Shown here in pieces: positions 29,192 to 44,200 of a stretch of DNA of 64,000 nucleotides. Numbering within the stretch: the first letter of the stretch is position 1; each line of letters opens with the position of its first letter. The notes below the pieces were generated by a model that worked only from the letters and a program-made list of their open reading frames with translations, was not told the origin of the DNA and ran no database searches. Origin of the DNA: Bugula neritina (taxonomy: Eukaryota; Animalia; Bryozoa); NCBI GenBank assembly GCA_964035545.1, contig OZ037766.1, positions 12,204,722 through 12,268,721 on the forward strand. Reading direction: 5' to 3'. The position numbers were made by a program, and so were the translations under genes.

Positions 29192-29999
29192 GCGACACTG
29201 CCTTTGTTGCCCACTACCATCAGCAGGCTCAAGAAATCATCACCCGTTTTGCAAGATCTGCCAAAGACTTTGGACTAAAGATAAATATAACCAAAACAGA
29301 GATGATGTATCAACCACCACCAGGAGAACATGATGAGAGAGAAAAAATCAGTATAGATGGAGAAATCCTCAACAAAGTCAAGAACTTCAAATACCTTGGC
29401 TCAACCATCACAAACAACAACAAACTTGATCAAGAACTCCAATTGAGAATGTCAAAGCGTCACAAACTTTCGGAAGGCTACGAGAAAGGGTTTGGGATAA
29501 CGGAGACCTGACAACCAAGACGAAATGTGCAGTCTACCAAGCCATTGTTTTATCTACACTGCTATATGGAGTGGAGTCATGGACAGTCTATAAGATCACG
29601 GCACACAAGCTAAATACCTTTCTTATGAACCAACTAAGACAGATATTGTCAGTGAAATGGTGGCACTTTGTATCTAATATGAAGATCCTTCAGAAAACCA
29701 ACACTACCAGTCTATATGACACCCTCATCCAAAGAAATCTAAGATGGGCCGGACATATCAACAGATTAGACAACACCAGGATCCCAAAACAGGTTTTATA
29801 CTCACAACTAACAGAAGGCTCCCGTGACATCGGCAGACCGAGGCTCCGTTACAAAGATACCATTAAACGCAACCTTAAAGACAAGGGGATATCTCTCAGC
29901 AAATGGCAAAAGCTGTCACTTGACAGACTCAGATGGAGACAAATGATACACCAGAAGTCATAGTCGGACACGACAGACAGCAAGATGATAATGATGATG
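29192..29999 (+). mobile_element. 5'-truncated RTE-clade LINE (C-terminal RT region), one frameshift
   Basis: FGLKINITKTEMM...FKYLGS...LLYGVESW...LRWAGHINRLDNTRIPKQVLYSQL..G.R..GRPRLRYKD; (GAT)n tail; TSD atgcacat at 29184-29191 and 30000-30007. Confidence 0.92.
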
Positions 30000-30049
30000 A
30001 TGCACATTGTGCTCTTTAGTAATACTAAGAGTAGATGTCATCCTACATG

Positions 30050-30478
30050 GACTCTTCCCAGTTAGACGCTATTTATTTATTTTGGTACAATATATATTTT
30101 ATGTGCAATTTATTTGAATATCATTAAAATATATGTATATTTAAATAAACTTGGATCAATTGCTTGTTATTTAGCACATAAATAAATTCCTTTGGTCTGC
30201 ATAAACTTATTAATTTTGCATTTTCTATACTTCTTGCTGCTTGAAAAGATATTTGTTAATAAATATTCATTAAATATAATGTATATTATTAATGTTATTA
30301 CTGGTTTGTTGTCCCACATAAATCCGTTAAAGTTGGAATATTATTCCAGATAATTTATATTTACTATTATAGCTATTAGCATATTAGCTATTTAGCAATA
30401 AATCCAACAGTTATATAGGTATTTTACTATATATGATGGTACCAAAATAAAAAATAGCGTCTAACTGGGATGAAACCT
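30050..30478. mobile_element. Foldback MITE of the same family as 28487-28933
   Basis: tcccagttagacgctattt.tttattttggtac ... gtaccaaaataaaaaatagcgtctaactggga inverted repeat. Confidence 0.65.
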
Positions 30479-30655
30479 AAGAGTAAGCTTACTAGACACT
30501 AGTACTACTAATATTAGTATTGGTAATTTGACATTAGTACTAGTAAGTTAAGTATGAGTGCAGCTATAAGTGCAACATTAAGTTTATTTATAACTCTATA
30601 GTCTACGTAATAATTTTTGACTATTAGTATTTATTAAAGCTATACTCATAGTGCT

Positions 30656-31214
30656 TAAACAGCTACGGGACAGATTAGGCAAAGCAAGCGCGGCTTAGGA
30701 ACTCTGGAACAGATATGTATCCATCAGGGTAAAGTGTAAAGTCGACAGAGCGGTGGTGCTGGCAAGTCTGCTGTATGGAGAAGAAACAAAGATAATATAC
30801 AGGACACAGGTGAAGAAGCTAGATTTCATGATGAGGCAATTGAGAGACATAATGGCTGTAAAATGGTATGACAAAATAACGAATGAAGAAATACTAGAAC
30901 GTGCCAACTTGCCAAGCATGGCTCACATTCTTATAGAAAAGAACCTGCGATGGCTAGGCCGTGTGCACAGGATTAAAGATAGCCGGCCACCAAGACAATT
31001 GCTCTACTCTCAGCTGAAAGACGGCAAAAGAAATAGAGGGCGACCTATGCTCAGACTTAAAGATGTTGCTAAGAGGAATATGAAATGGAGATCAATCAAC
31101 TTGAGTTCCTGGCAGCAGACGGCTGACAACAGAGTTGCGTGGAGAGCTGCAACCAAATTCAATCGGAATCCAGGAAACAGTTATGGTCGTATCGACTGTC
31201 TGCAAGAGAAAGAG
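30656..31214 (+). mobile_element. Second 5'-truncated RTE-clade LINE (different subfamily)
   Basis: LLYGEET...LRWLGRVHRI..SRPPRQLLYSQL..GKRNRGRP.LR.KD; AG-rich tail; 12-bp TSD actcatagtgct at 30644-30655 and 31215-31226. Confidence 0.9.
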
Positions 31215-32234
31215 ACTCATAGTGCTGTACTAACAGGAATAGTACGGTTATAAATTAAACTTTAAATATAGTAGTAATGGGACTAGGATGTCTTAGGCCT
31301 AATTATTTGGGGCTAATCTATGTGACATATGTCACTTTAATCTATTTACTCTTTGTATTGTCTTTGATAGTTTATGGGCAATTTCACAATCAGCTGTTAT
31401 GTAATGTTATTATCATATTATGTTAATTTATGTTGACACTGGTCACTTTTGTTACTGGTGGTTATTTGGATGTGCAGCCAGTATTTGTACAGTTGTTGGG
31501 AGTTCCAGTAAATTGGTTATGACTATTTTAATATAGAGAAAGCTATTTAACTACAGCTATTATATTTATACATTACAGTAGGGGTTAGGCCTAGCTACTG
31601 AGCACCGGTGATCTGACATAGTAACTGTGAAAGGCTAGAATTCGATTATAAGCTAATAAATCTTAGTATTAGATTTGCTATGGCTCTGCCACTGTTGGTG
31701 TTACTAAAATTATCATTGTGATTGTAAGTTGCTCATAATGATCATTCTCATAAAAAATCAAATTAAACGCAGCTACTCAAAAAGGCAATTGCTATTGTCT
31801 ATCTATTACATAAATAGTTAATTGAAGTATCTGCAGTAGCCAGTGTTCGAAACACCTTGTTAAGGAATGTAGGTAGTAGGTACATAGATACACTTCACAT
31901 GCATTGTGCTATTATTTTTAGAATCTGTAATATTTTAAAGATAGCCTCGTGCTATTCAATACAGGGGAAAACTTAGGTTTATTTTGGAGCTTTATTGATC
32001 TGATTTAAACTTGCAAACCTTTACTATTTGACTATGTTCTTGAATTTGAAATAAATAGCTGTCCTAATTGTTAAATCGAAACCTGGCAACTGGTTATAGA
32101 CTTAGGGTTTTTTGAGAATTTTTTTCTTCTGTTTGGTTTACAACTTTTCTTAATAATTGCAGAAAAAATTCTTGGCAAAGCAAAAATGAGAAAGATTTGA
32201 CAGAAATGATCAAGGATTAGATGAGCTGAAGACC

Positions 32235-35200
32235 ATGGTATGATTTTGCATGACATTTGAGCATTAATATAAGTATATTATACTATAGTGAAGGGTAGGA
32301 AATTAAGAGGGCTAAGGACTTGGGTTCTATTTTGACAAAATGAACTAACAATTGTGATTGAATGTCTTCCCTAACAACACTGACCTTGTGTTTACTAAGC
32401 CAGTGTTACAGCCACTAAACCACAACTACGCCATGTAATAGTTTTAATTTTATTATGTTGCAGGTAAATACTTCTAAGCAAAAGGATGAAAGTGATCAAC
32501 ATAGTATATCCCACAAACATAAACTATCGATTGGTTCTATAAAACCTATAGGCAAAGGTGAAACAGACAAAATAATTATTTCTTTTGTAAATTACATTGT
32601 ATATGAAACACTTTAATTTGCGATATGAAGAGAAGAAGATTAATTAATTTTGTTCTTTCAATTTTTATTAGGAGATAACAAAACAAGCAGGAATAGCACT
32701 CAGAGTTCTTTTAAAGCAAAAGGTTACACCAAACTGTTACAGCTGGGCAGTCCTTCTAAATCATTGGACTCTAGTTATGGGAAATTAAAAATTCCAGACA
32801 TTGAAAAGCTCACCAAAGAGACTAAGATGAAAGGCAGTTCACCTATCTCTCAAATTTGTAAGCTGATTAGCAGATAATTTTTGTTTCAAAATTGCTATGA
32901 AATTTGATTGTTTCGAATTTTTAATATTTTGTACCTAATTATTTGTAGCCTTGTCACACTCAGATGTAAAAGTGATTCCTAAATTTGCAAATAAATGTGA
33001 AGCTATTCTGGATTCTTCAGTCAAAAGCCAGGTTGCAGTTAAGGCTACATCTAATAATGAACTGTGCAGTGATTCCACAGAGTCAATAACTTCAAAAGAG
33101 GATTCTGAAAAATCAGAGCCTGGAAATCATGACACTAAAGACGGTTCACCTTGCTCAAGTGCTCCTTTAAAGGCAATGAAAATGGCAACTGGAAAGCTGG
33201 ATTCTGCTAAATTTGTAAACAAATTTAGATCTGCATTCAAAAAGATTCAACCTGGCCAAATTATAGAAAAAGATAAGGTATCTAATACTGTGCCTGTGTC
33301 TGTGTGTAGCCAGGAGCTAATTCCTAAGGACAGTGCACCTGAACCACTTGAATTCGAAGCAGATATAAGGATTTCTAAAACTACAGAAGTAAGCTCTAAA
33401 AAGCGAAAGAAGGAGAAAAAAAGTGAGTTCGTACAATTTAAATTTTACTTATTTTTGTTCACAAAATCTTTTTTCTATTTGCTCTGCATTCAATATTAAA
33501 ACGTTGGTATGAGTTTTTACTTTCAAATTTTATTTTGTTCCAGAAAAGCGAAAGTTGCTTTGCAGTGAGGTGGACAGCGACAATTATGTACCTTCCAAAA
33601 AGTTGAAATCTTATAAATGTACTCTACCTCTGATAGAAACTGGGCATTCTACCAACCTACTGACATCTAGTCCAGAACTAAAAGTTCAACTGATCAATGT
33701 ATTGCATGACTCTGAAGTCGCATCAAATGGTTGCATCACACCTGACAATGAAGAAAGTAGGCCTTCAATGGCTCTGGAAAATTTACGTCCTAGCAACTGC
33801 AGTACTAGTGGTGATTCTATGATAACTATGGAGGGTCAGAAAACACAACCCAAAAGAATCAAGGGTCTTAAAAGAACTGCTAGAAAGACAATCAATAAAA
33901 ATCACAATCATGCTTCAGAAATGGCTCTGGTGAAAGATTTTGTTAATTCTCATAACATTACAGAAAACACCGACTCTATTTCAGCCTCTAGTGACATTCA
34001 TTCACACCAACACAATGCATCTCCACTTTCTAACAGCTCCCAGGTACCTCAAATCAGTAAAAATAACTTTTTTGGATCTCAGCAACATATAGAAAAAAAG
34101 AAAGAAGATCTTGTACTTGTCGATGAGCAAACAAAGTCATTGAGTAAATCTGCTCTGGCTTCTTCTACTGTGCTTGCTTTGGTTTCAACTGGTGCAGCTT
34201 CTGAAAATCTTGAAAGAACAAAAAGCTCCCAAAGTTCTGAGTCAAGTTTGCCGTATCAGAGTTTGTCTAGTACTGAGCTATCATCTATCACAAAACTTGA
34301 AAAACTTTCAACAGATGATAACCACATAAAGCTTGATGACCCTGTTGAAATGTCGAAAAATGTAGCTGCTCCCAATACCACAATATCTAAAGAAATTGAT
34401 GAAAGTTTGCTTAATGCAAGACCCCAAGTTAAAAAATCTAGCTCAAGCCTCTATCCAAAATCTGATGGTTCTGGAGATATAAACAAATCTGTGTTCGAGT
34501 CTGTTGACCTAGATAACATGTTGTCTGCGGCTGGCTATAAAGAGAGTCACTCCAATGCAGCCAATGGCATGGGTAACCCCTTCTCCAAAGATTCTCAAGA
34601 AGAAGTAAAGCCATCTGTGAATAAAGATTCAATAAAATGTCAAAATGTGGCAAAATGGACAACATCAATAACAGCTCATAAGTTGAACAGAAAGGATTGC
34701 AGTGTTGCTGGAAATTCTGCAGGTATACCTACTATGTTTATATTGAGCTTATTAAAAAACTTTTATTCTTTCAATATTTAGTGCAAGCTTAAAATTTCGA
34801 AATTTCAAATTTAATATAATTTAGTTTGAAATTTTAAATGTGGGCTGGTATTTACATTAAACTGGGGCATAGTTAATGTTTTTCCTAATATTGACTTTGC
34901 TACAAAAAAACTGTTTTTTTATTAAGTTGCTTTTAGTTCACTTTAAAAGAAAATACAATTTAGTATAATGAAAAACCATAGCCATATACCGTTTTTATAT
35001 TAGCTTCTCTGTACCTTGTGTACTTTTAAAATTCTAATAACTTTTTGTAAATTTTATTTTTGACCTCAACAACTTTGGTTTTAATTTATTTGAATGATTT
35101 TTTCAGATTAAACTACATAAACTATTTGAATGTAATAAGTATAATACATAGGTGACTAGCACCTAAGCATCTTTATTTAGGTGTAAAAAATAGCTAACAT

Positions 35201-38200
35201 AATTCATAAAAAACTTGCTGTCTTGCTATTCAATTACTTTGGTGGCTGTACTTGGCCTTTTGGAAAGTTTTGGCAGCAAATTAATTAGAAATATAGTTAG
35301 TATACTCACAAAGTTATGAGTATAAAATGCTCAATATTTTCTATTGTTTGAAACTTTGAAAATTATATCATGCTTTGACAAATTTAATAGTTTTTTCTTA
35401 CTAATTTTTTAAAAATAATTTTTTACTTTTTAAATAACTCAAAACAAAAACAGTCAGGGGTAAGAGCGATTGCCTAGTATACATGATGTTATTGGTTCGA
35501 GCTAACAAAGGCCATTGGTGATGGTAGACTGGCAGAACACCCAGTCATAATTGCTCCTGTGCCCCATCTGAATAAGCCCTCAGCCCGATTTAACAAAAAC
35601 CCTTTTTATCAGGGATTTTATCACAGGGATAGTGACTATGAGCTTACATGAGTTGTATAATTAATATAAGTAGCTACTGGGACTGCTCCATCAATTTGCT
35701 ATTCGCACTTTTTACATGCAAGTAACAACGTTGAAGGTTTAGAATTCTCATCAAGCCAATGCACATAAATTACTATCTCAACAATTGTATGGTACTAATT
35801 GGACTAATCTCACTATATAGTGAAGCTGTACATTGAAATCCAAGCAGTGTAGGAAAATATCTAGGTTGGATTATAAGCAATTTATTTTCAATTGTCTCTT
35901 GGGTAGTTGAGTGCCGAGATGCGTGTTTCTGCTTAGCTTCAGTTTACGAGTTTTTGGTTTGGTTTACAACTGCTAATGCTACAAATCTGTGCACAAACTA
36001 GAATATTTGTGGCTTTACTTTTGCCTCCTTATGGGGAAAATACTATGTTTTCTTAAACTTGGTCATGAATGCATTTTAATGTGCTAGTAGTATTTTAAAG
36101 GTTTATAGTTTTAGTCCTGTAGCCTACACTTTGTGGACTAAATTAATTTCGTATAACTGATATCAATTCGATAAATAATATATTATCTAATCAACATAAT
36201 GCAATGTGAATAACAACAACAACAATAGGCATAACCATTAACTTGAGTTATGCAAAGGCAGTTGAGTCAAATATTTCAGGCTACTAATAGATTCAACTGA
36301 TTGGTCTTAAATTTTTGTAGAGGAAAGTCACCAAAGAAAACCTAATTTGAGTACAGAGTCTCAAGTAAGTTTATTATATCATCCCTGGCTCAGCTGTTTT
36401 GCTATCTATTTGACAATATTATGCTTTTGAGTAAGACAGGAATAAATATTGGTTTATTATGATGAGCTTGGTGTAAAATTCATTATGAATAGTTCTAATT
36501 ATAATTAAAGGTTTAATTATAAGCCGTAAAATCAGTGGATACTAATTAATTAGGCTCATGTCATTATTTCTATTGTAATATTTACTAAATTGCACTATAG
36601 TTTTCTCAATCTAATTTTTAATTGTCAATCACAGCTTTATTTTTAACCCAGGAAAGTTTGTCATCAGAGCCAGGCTTAGTTATAGACACACAAGTCTTCT
36701 CTCCAGATGTTAGCTTAACCGAGCCGTTATTTTCCCCTGATGCCTATGAAGCTCCGCCTAGTGTGCAAGTTGTGGGCCCAATAATAGAGGCGCCCCCTAG
36801 TGTGCTGCCAGCGAGCGATACAGATGGCACTAGTGGTGTCAGCATTTCTACTACTTCTGTTAGCGAGGGCAAGGAGGGGACTGATGCAGCGTCCATTACA
36901 GATGATATTACCATCAATGATGAAAACTATATACCACATTCTAGTAATAAAGGTGTTGGTTTTTATAAGTTTTCTAATGGCGTAAAAGTGGTGACTGTCT
37001 ATAGAGATGGGGAGCTGTATTGCTCTGCACACCAAGTTGTTATTCGTCTAAAGTTGAGTTTAACTAATCTCAGTCAGTTGAAGTGCTCCAGTAAGGAGGC
37101 GTCACTTATTCGTATGATGGATAAATGTTTAAAGGAGAACTTCGATTCAAAGGTTGTTCCTCTCTCAGAAGTACAACATTTATTGAGTGCCCAAGAATCA
37201 ACTAGCAAAGCCTTGAAGGATAGCAGTGTACAACCAGTTTTCACGTCCAAGTCCTCTTGTAAACCACTTCCATCAGTATCCTCTACTCTCACCTCAGCTG
37301 ATGCTACAAGGACTTTACTCAGCAGCTCAGTGACTCCCAAGTCACAGCTGATTCATGGTGTCGACAATTCCCTTAATTTATCTCCTCTTCAGACATCAAC
37401 ACCCAAAGCAGATTATGTAGATTTGTGTACAGCAGATACCATCGCTCCTGTGTGTACAGAACAGCAATACTACGCAACTCAAGTGATACCATTTCAAATG
37501 GCATCTGTTTCTTATACTTCATCTATTATTCACCCTGTAACTCAGCCGGGGAAAGACACTTCTAATGATGGGGCCAACAGTAACGCTGCTCTACGGAAGG
37601 GTCTAAGTTCAGACACTACAGCTGATCAGTCTACTACCAGGAGTGTTCGTGCTGCAGAACCAAGCTCGTCATCTCGGGGTATGGTATTTTCTGTTATGCA
37701 AATCTAGTTTTACAATCACAGTTTTTTTTTATCGGAATCTGTGGCCTCTTTATTTTCCCTTAGGTTAGTTATCATGTATACTTTTGAGATTGTGAGAACT
37801 CTAGCAATATAAGATCATTAAATTTTTTTATGAAAAACAACTGTTAGATTACTTTAGCTTTGTTTCTAGTTAACCAAGCATTACCCCACCCCACCCTTTC
37901 TAACATTGAGGCGGAATCACTGCTGGCAAATAAAGAAACTGCTCAAATAGAATGTCAGGAAATAGAGGAGGAGAGTCACTTTTCTGGTTACCAAAAGACT
38001 GAAAGGATCTTGGAGACTATTCAGCCCTCGCCTACTATTGCCGTGCAGCATACCAAGAAGTTGCTAAGTGATAACCAGGTCTACACAGGAAAGCTGTTTG
38101 CTCGTACCTCGGTGAGCTTTTACCTCATTTACAATTATCATGTTTATCGTGAGTTGAATATTTAGCATTCCATATTGTTTCATGTAATAATAGATTTTTC

Positions 38201-41200
38201 ACTTTTTTGATTGGTGGCTTGTCCTTTAAATATCGTCTTCCTTTATAAAAACTTATAAACAGTAAAACAGGTGGCAGCTGTGATGCTCACGCTCCTGTTT
38301 AGCAATTTTTTATGCGCATAATACTTTTTTTAGAGATATAAGGCTAACAGCTTATTTCTCGTGAAGTGTGACGGGTGTAGTCGAGTATTTGGACCTCTGT
38401 CGTTCATGTTGCACACAGAGCAAGAGTATGAGAAGCTTGGTGTTACCAGAACCATCCTCTGGAGTGAGTGTATTCAAATGGTTAGTCACGTTGAAACGAT
38501 TTTAGAGCGAGCCTTTTGGAACACCTTTGTGGACTGGTTTCAGATGTAAGTTGACAATAAAGTTTCTCTTATTGATGTGCATATTGTCTAAGTGCACCTG
38601 CTGGTGAAATTCAACTCAAGACACATTTAATCATAGTTGTAAGAATATTAATGTTGGGTGACTTGTTTATACTTGTTTATACATTACACTGAGCTCTGTC
38701 TTGGATATGCAACCAAGTAGCTGTTGCCACGTTGTTTTATGCCTGTAATTGGCTATTGATCAGCTTTGCTAGAGATTTCACTTTCAAGGAATTATCTTTT
38801 GTCTATTTTATTTTCAAGTTGCTAATATAATCAGTGAGTAGCAGTTCTGTTTGTTATAGTTATTACGTTGTTAGGGCTAGTCATTTGTTGCTATTGAAGC
38901 ATTACACATCTAGTATTCTTGTTAACTTAGCCCATGAATGTTGTATAAGCTTAACAAGTCTTGTTTAGATTTGTAACTTTACAATTTGCTGATGGGTAAG
39001 TTGAACCATAAAGTTACCACGTTTATACCTGGGTTCTTTTGTGTGCATTTTTACTCATGGGACGACAATTCTATGTAGATGCTTTGGTTTTAAGTTCCTT
39101 ATCCGCTACTATCCATGTTCCCGCAAGTGCATGTTAATCGGCTGCAGGTATACAACTTTCCCCGAGTTTTGTTTATCTAGAGTAACATTTTATATCCAAA
39201 CATGTGAATTAGTTTAGTTAATTGATTTCTTTAAATGACTCTCAAGTTTTAGAATTTTGTGGTGATATTTTTTTTTCAATTATATATTATTAAATATCAA
39301 AAACAATGCACTAAATATTTACTCTTTCAACTAAAATTGTGTTAATTTACACTCAAAGATCTACACATTTACTGCAAATACTTTCATTATGAATTAAAAT
39401 AATCCTATCGTACCATTCTCAACTAATATTGTAAGTAGCCTTTGCAATTATAATAATGTATTTAATACAATTTATAAACCATGTTTTGCATGTTAAAGTA
39501 TTCTTTGCTTCATCTTTGCTATTTACATCGGAATATTTTTAATTGAAAAAGAGAATAAATGATTCCTTGTGCATGCAGAACCCATAGGGGAAGTCATATC
39601 TGCAGTCAAAGTTAATATTGCTGCTTCATAATACAACCTGTTTTGCTGCAAAAATGGTTAGTGGTTGTGATTGCATGTTGTTGGTTGCTTTTGATAGTTC
39701 ATCGCATTCAATTAATATAAATAACATTTTAAATGAGACCCTATTTTCCTGTGCATAATGTCTACATAGTATACTTCATATTGAACTTTAGGTATAACAA
39801 ACTATCAATCATAAAATCTCTTCTATATGCAAGGCCTGTAGGTATACAATATACTCAGTTTACAATTGTATCTCCTTGCACACCTCTAACACACGTCCTT
39901 TAGGGTGATATGCAAGAGAATAAATTGTGAGTCAACTGTAATAAGCCTAGCCCTTTAGTATTTTCAGCATGACTATCTTGAAACAGTATTCTAATGTTAA
40001 CACCAACTATAATATAGGTAATCCATACACTTTCTCTGTAAAACTTGAGCAAGTCTACTTTCCATCGGGACATCTCTCTAACGGTTATTGCTTCCTACTG
40101 GTATGGTGATGAAAATGTGTTTGTTGGTTGGTAGTACAATGGCTACCAATTTATTCATAACATAACGTCATAACGTAATGCAATGCGCTTCACCTGCTAT
40201 CTGTTAACTGTGTTGCTATTGGCAACTTTTAATATTCACTATCCTATATATTCATTCAACTTCATTCGATATGGATTTTTTAACAAATGTCAACTCTAAT
40301 TAATGGAAACAGCTAGCACATGAGCTACTCTACAGAAACTAAAGTAAAGTGTTCAGTGTTAGATGTGCAATATCTTCATACTCTTAATTCCTATCTACAT
40401 ATCTCGTTTTATTTGTTTCAGACTCTCTTCTAATGCAAGCATCGTTGCTCAAAAGGTAGGCTTCAATTAAGTCGTATTTTATTATTTGCGACTCATTTTC
40501 ATTTTACTGTTACATATTTTTTATTTGAGCTGTTTGCTAACTTGAAGTGATCAAAACTATGATTTACTTGTGAAACTAAATTGCTATTGAATTTCTGCCA
40601 GCATACAATACAATACTCTGCATTTTTGTTTTCTAAAATTAGGTTGCACTTGATTAGGTTAACATGAAAACTAATAACTCCTGTGACTGCTGAAAAATTA
40701 CTTTTGTTATGAGTGTTAGATGTAGATAAGTATGGTTATTCATTTATCTTACGATTAAACTTAGTGAGCTTTAGACACCTGCTCAGTGTTGAACATCAGT
40801 TTGTATATAATACTCTGAATGTATTTTATTCTGTGATTATGTTCCATGCAGAGATCTATTCCGGATAATTCTCTAAGCAAATCTCGAGTACAGACCACAT
40901 CGGCCAGGTTAGTCTGCCATTTTGACATACTAGTTCGTGAATTAAGGTTTTGCTCATTGTTCAGGGGACTTCTTATGGCAGCAATCTATAAACTATGGTT
41001 TACTGTTGCCATTTTACCCTGAATTGCCGGCTCGGTAGTGTTTAACTGATTTTAACTGTAGCCTAAATGAAATTAAAAATGCAGTTTTTCTTTCTTAGTT
41101 GTGTGATTTTTTTCACAGAGTATCATAGCTGAGTACATGTGGATACAAGTGGAAATCATAAAAATGTCATAGTGAGTCATTCTGGAGTAGATTAGAATGC

Positions 41201-44200
41201 ACCACTGTTATCGTCTAGTGTTTTTGAGTTTGTACATTTACTACTCAACTATTTCATATGATTGATTAGATCAGCAATTTAAATTATTTATTATGCGCAC
41301 AATGGTTTGTATAAATTGTGTTGTTGGATTGTGAAGTTACCAGCAATTGAGCCGGTTTTAATATTAATTTTGTTCCTCATTTTATCGTTTATCCAGCACT
41401 TCAGTTGCACCTAAACTTTCCGATGACAACTTGAACCTGATCCCAGCTTCACCTGCTCCGTATGCTCATCCTGAGTCTCCAGATGTCCAGGAAGTGTCTC
41501 ACACGACCCCAGTGCTGCATTCTAGGGGAGCACTGCCCCCCACCAGTCAACAGGTTCCTGTCAGCCTGCAGCAGACCATGGTTCAGGCCACTCAGCAGCA
41601 GTCCGCAGGGCGGAGAGTTGCTCGCCAAATGACATCAATGCAGGCCCGGCATCCGCCTATCTACCCAAGTCAGCATTATGGAGCTCAGCAACAAAAGGCT
41701 GCCGTACTACAGCAGCAGCAGCAGAGACAAGCCTCTCAGCCACATCCATATGGACAGCTGTCCCGCAGAAACAGCGGCTCCTCTTTACAGCCTTCATTTA
41801 CAGCTTCTCAGCATCAGCTGGCAGCAGCACAGCAGCTCAGCAGCCACCACCCTGCAGGTAACTATACACTTGCAGGTAACTATACACTTGCAGGTAGCTA
41901 TACACTTGCAGGTAACTATACATTTGCAGGTAACTATACACCAGCAGGTAGCCATACACTAGTAGGTAACTATACACTTGCAGGTAACTAGACACTTGCA
42001 GGTAACTATACACTTGCAGGTAACTATACACCAGCAGGTAACTATACACTAGTAGGTAACTATACACCAGCAGGTAACCACTAACTAGTTGGTGTAACTA
42101 CACACGATCTTTTACAGGTATTGCTCGTTCTATTGTCATTATATATACAATTTTAGTACAGTTTAGTGTTTTAATAGCCTCCAATTCTGACCCAATTATT
42201 TATTCTCTGTTTACAGTAAACAGTTACTATTTATTTTTATATTCATGAATAAAGTATATTTTCAAATTTAGACTAAGTTTCACCTATTTCACGAAACAAT
42301 GTCAGTTGTTGTACACAAGTATATACAAAATATTCCTTGAATGTTGTAGCTAAATAGGAGTATAATTGTCTATCTATTGCTGTAGGTCAAAGTTACATGA
42401 GCAGCTTTAGAATTAATCCAATGCGACAGCAGGTAAGTTTAGTTGCTGCCTGCAGCAGATTTGTTGCATAATATTTATATACAGTGAATAAATGTTCAAT
42501 ACTTTATGGCTGGTTATAAAATTTTAAAAATAGAAGCAATTTTTTTATATTTTCTAATTTTTAGCCTAAGCAATCAATGCTTCTTTTTCCCCTAGAATGC
42601 TTCTAATGTTACCCCAAGCAAATATATTTAGCTAATGAAAAGCATGATTTTAACATTACTTGTTTTATCAGTACCAGATTTTCTTGTAATTTTGTGTTGA
42701 ATTCTGAAAGCTGCACTTCCTCTGCAGCAAACTTAGGAAAAATAATCTTTAAACTTTCTAACTACAGGCCTGGCCTCACGCTTGTGAGAATCACACGAAA
42801 CTTGTGTGACGATTTTCATTCTGACCAGCCACACACTCGTCGGACGAAACACATAATAAATAGTCCGTGAATGAATCTTGCACGAGATACAAACAGCAGA
42901 AATTTGCCCAACAGAGAAACGTGATAGAAATGAAATAATCACTGTAGCTAAAATTCTATTGACCAATCAAATGGTGCTTATCGTTGATGGTGATATTTCG
43001 TCCATCGTCTTCGTTGTGTACACCCAACGAAGACGATTTCATTTAAAATCCCTCAAATTTTCTTGTACGATTGTGTTTTCGTGTTGAAATAGACGATTTC
43101 GTGTGATTCTCACCAGTGTGTGGCCAGGCCTTAAACACAACTCTGTGAGTAGGCAGCTGGCATCAGCTACTTTATTCCGTATGTACTTTAATTTCTATGG
43201 TCCTAATAATATCCCTGGAATATAGAGCTTTGCTGTTGCATTGTTGAGACTCTATTCTGTATACTCTAGTATTTACCTGAGTAATGTTGTATATACATAT
43301 AGTCACCGAAAACGGTGTTGCTAAAGGCTCTCGTAACAAAGGTAGCCTCAGTGACTTCATCTTCTGTCACTGAGGCTAAGAAGGTAATATGCGGGACCCT
43401 GGGTGTTTATTATTATTTAGTCAGTGTGATTTCTTAGTTTTCCAAATGCTGCTTATCTCTAGCATCCCATTAGACTAAAGTCTGTTTTACTTCTATTAGT
43501 TTGAAGATCAGTAACTTGAGTTTAGTAATGCAATCATAGTGTTGAATTGTTTGAAGTAAAATACCTGAAGTAGTATTAAATTATTAAATTTATAACTCAA
43601 TTTATACTTAGACTTTTTTGAGTCAGAAGCCTTAAGGTCCTGCCACACTGTGAATCTTCATGTAATACAAAGGCTGATGTGCAAATATCCTAGGGTGTGA
43701 TTGCTTCCTAACTAAATACATTATACTTGGTCACTCAAACCTAATCATATAATAAAAATGCCAGTAAAGTGAATGGGATTTTAAGTTCATTGTCTTTATT
43801 TTTTGAAAAAAGTTTAGTAAAATATTTAGAGAGTGATTTATACTGATAATGCCAAAGATAATCATTAAATTGTTGTTCATTGAATAAACTAGACATTTGA
43901 AAAAAATCAATACCTGTTTATTTCCTGTTGAGACAAGAATCTCACTTCATAAATTAAATATTATTTTGGTTCATCTTTAATCCTAAAATTCAGTTCTATG
44001 TAGCAGCACCTAAGATACATAAAGTGCTTCCTTATATCCTATATTTAACCTCTCTTGTAATCTAAAGTTTGAGTGATCTTTCTCATTCTGATGGTATACT
44101 AAGATTGGGAAGGGTTTATGTTTCTTTGTTTCCAATTTCTGGACAACGCGTTACTCTTGTGTAACCACTTCCGATGTTCTAGAATCTTGACTATTTCCTT

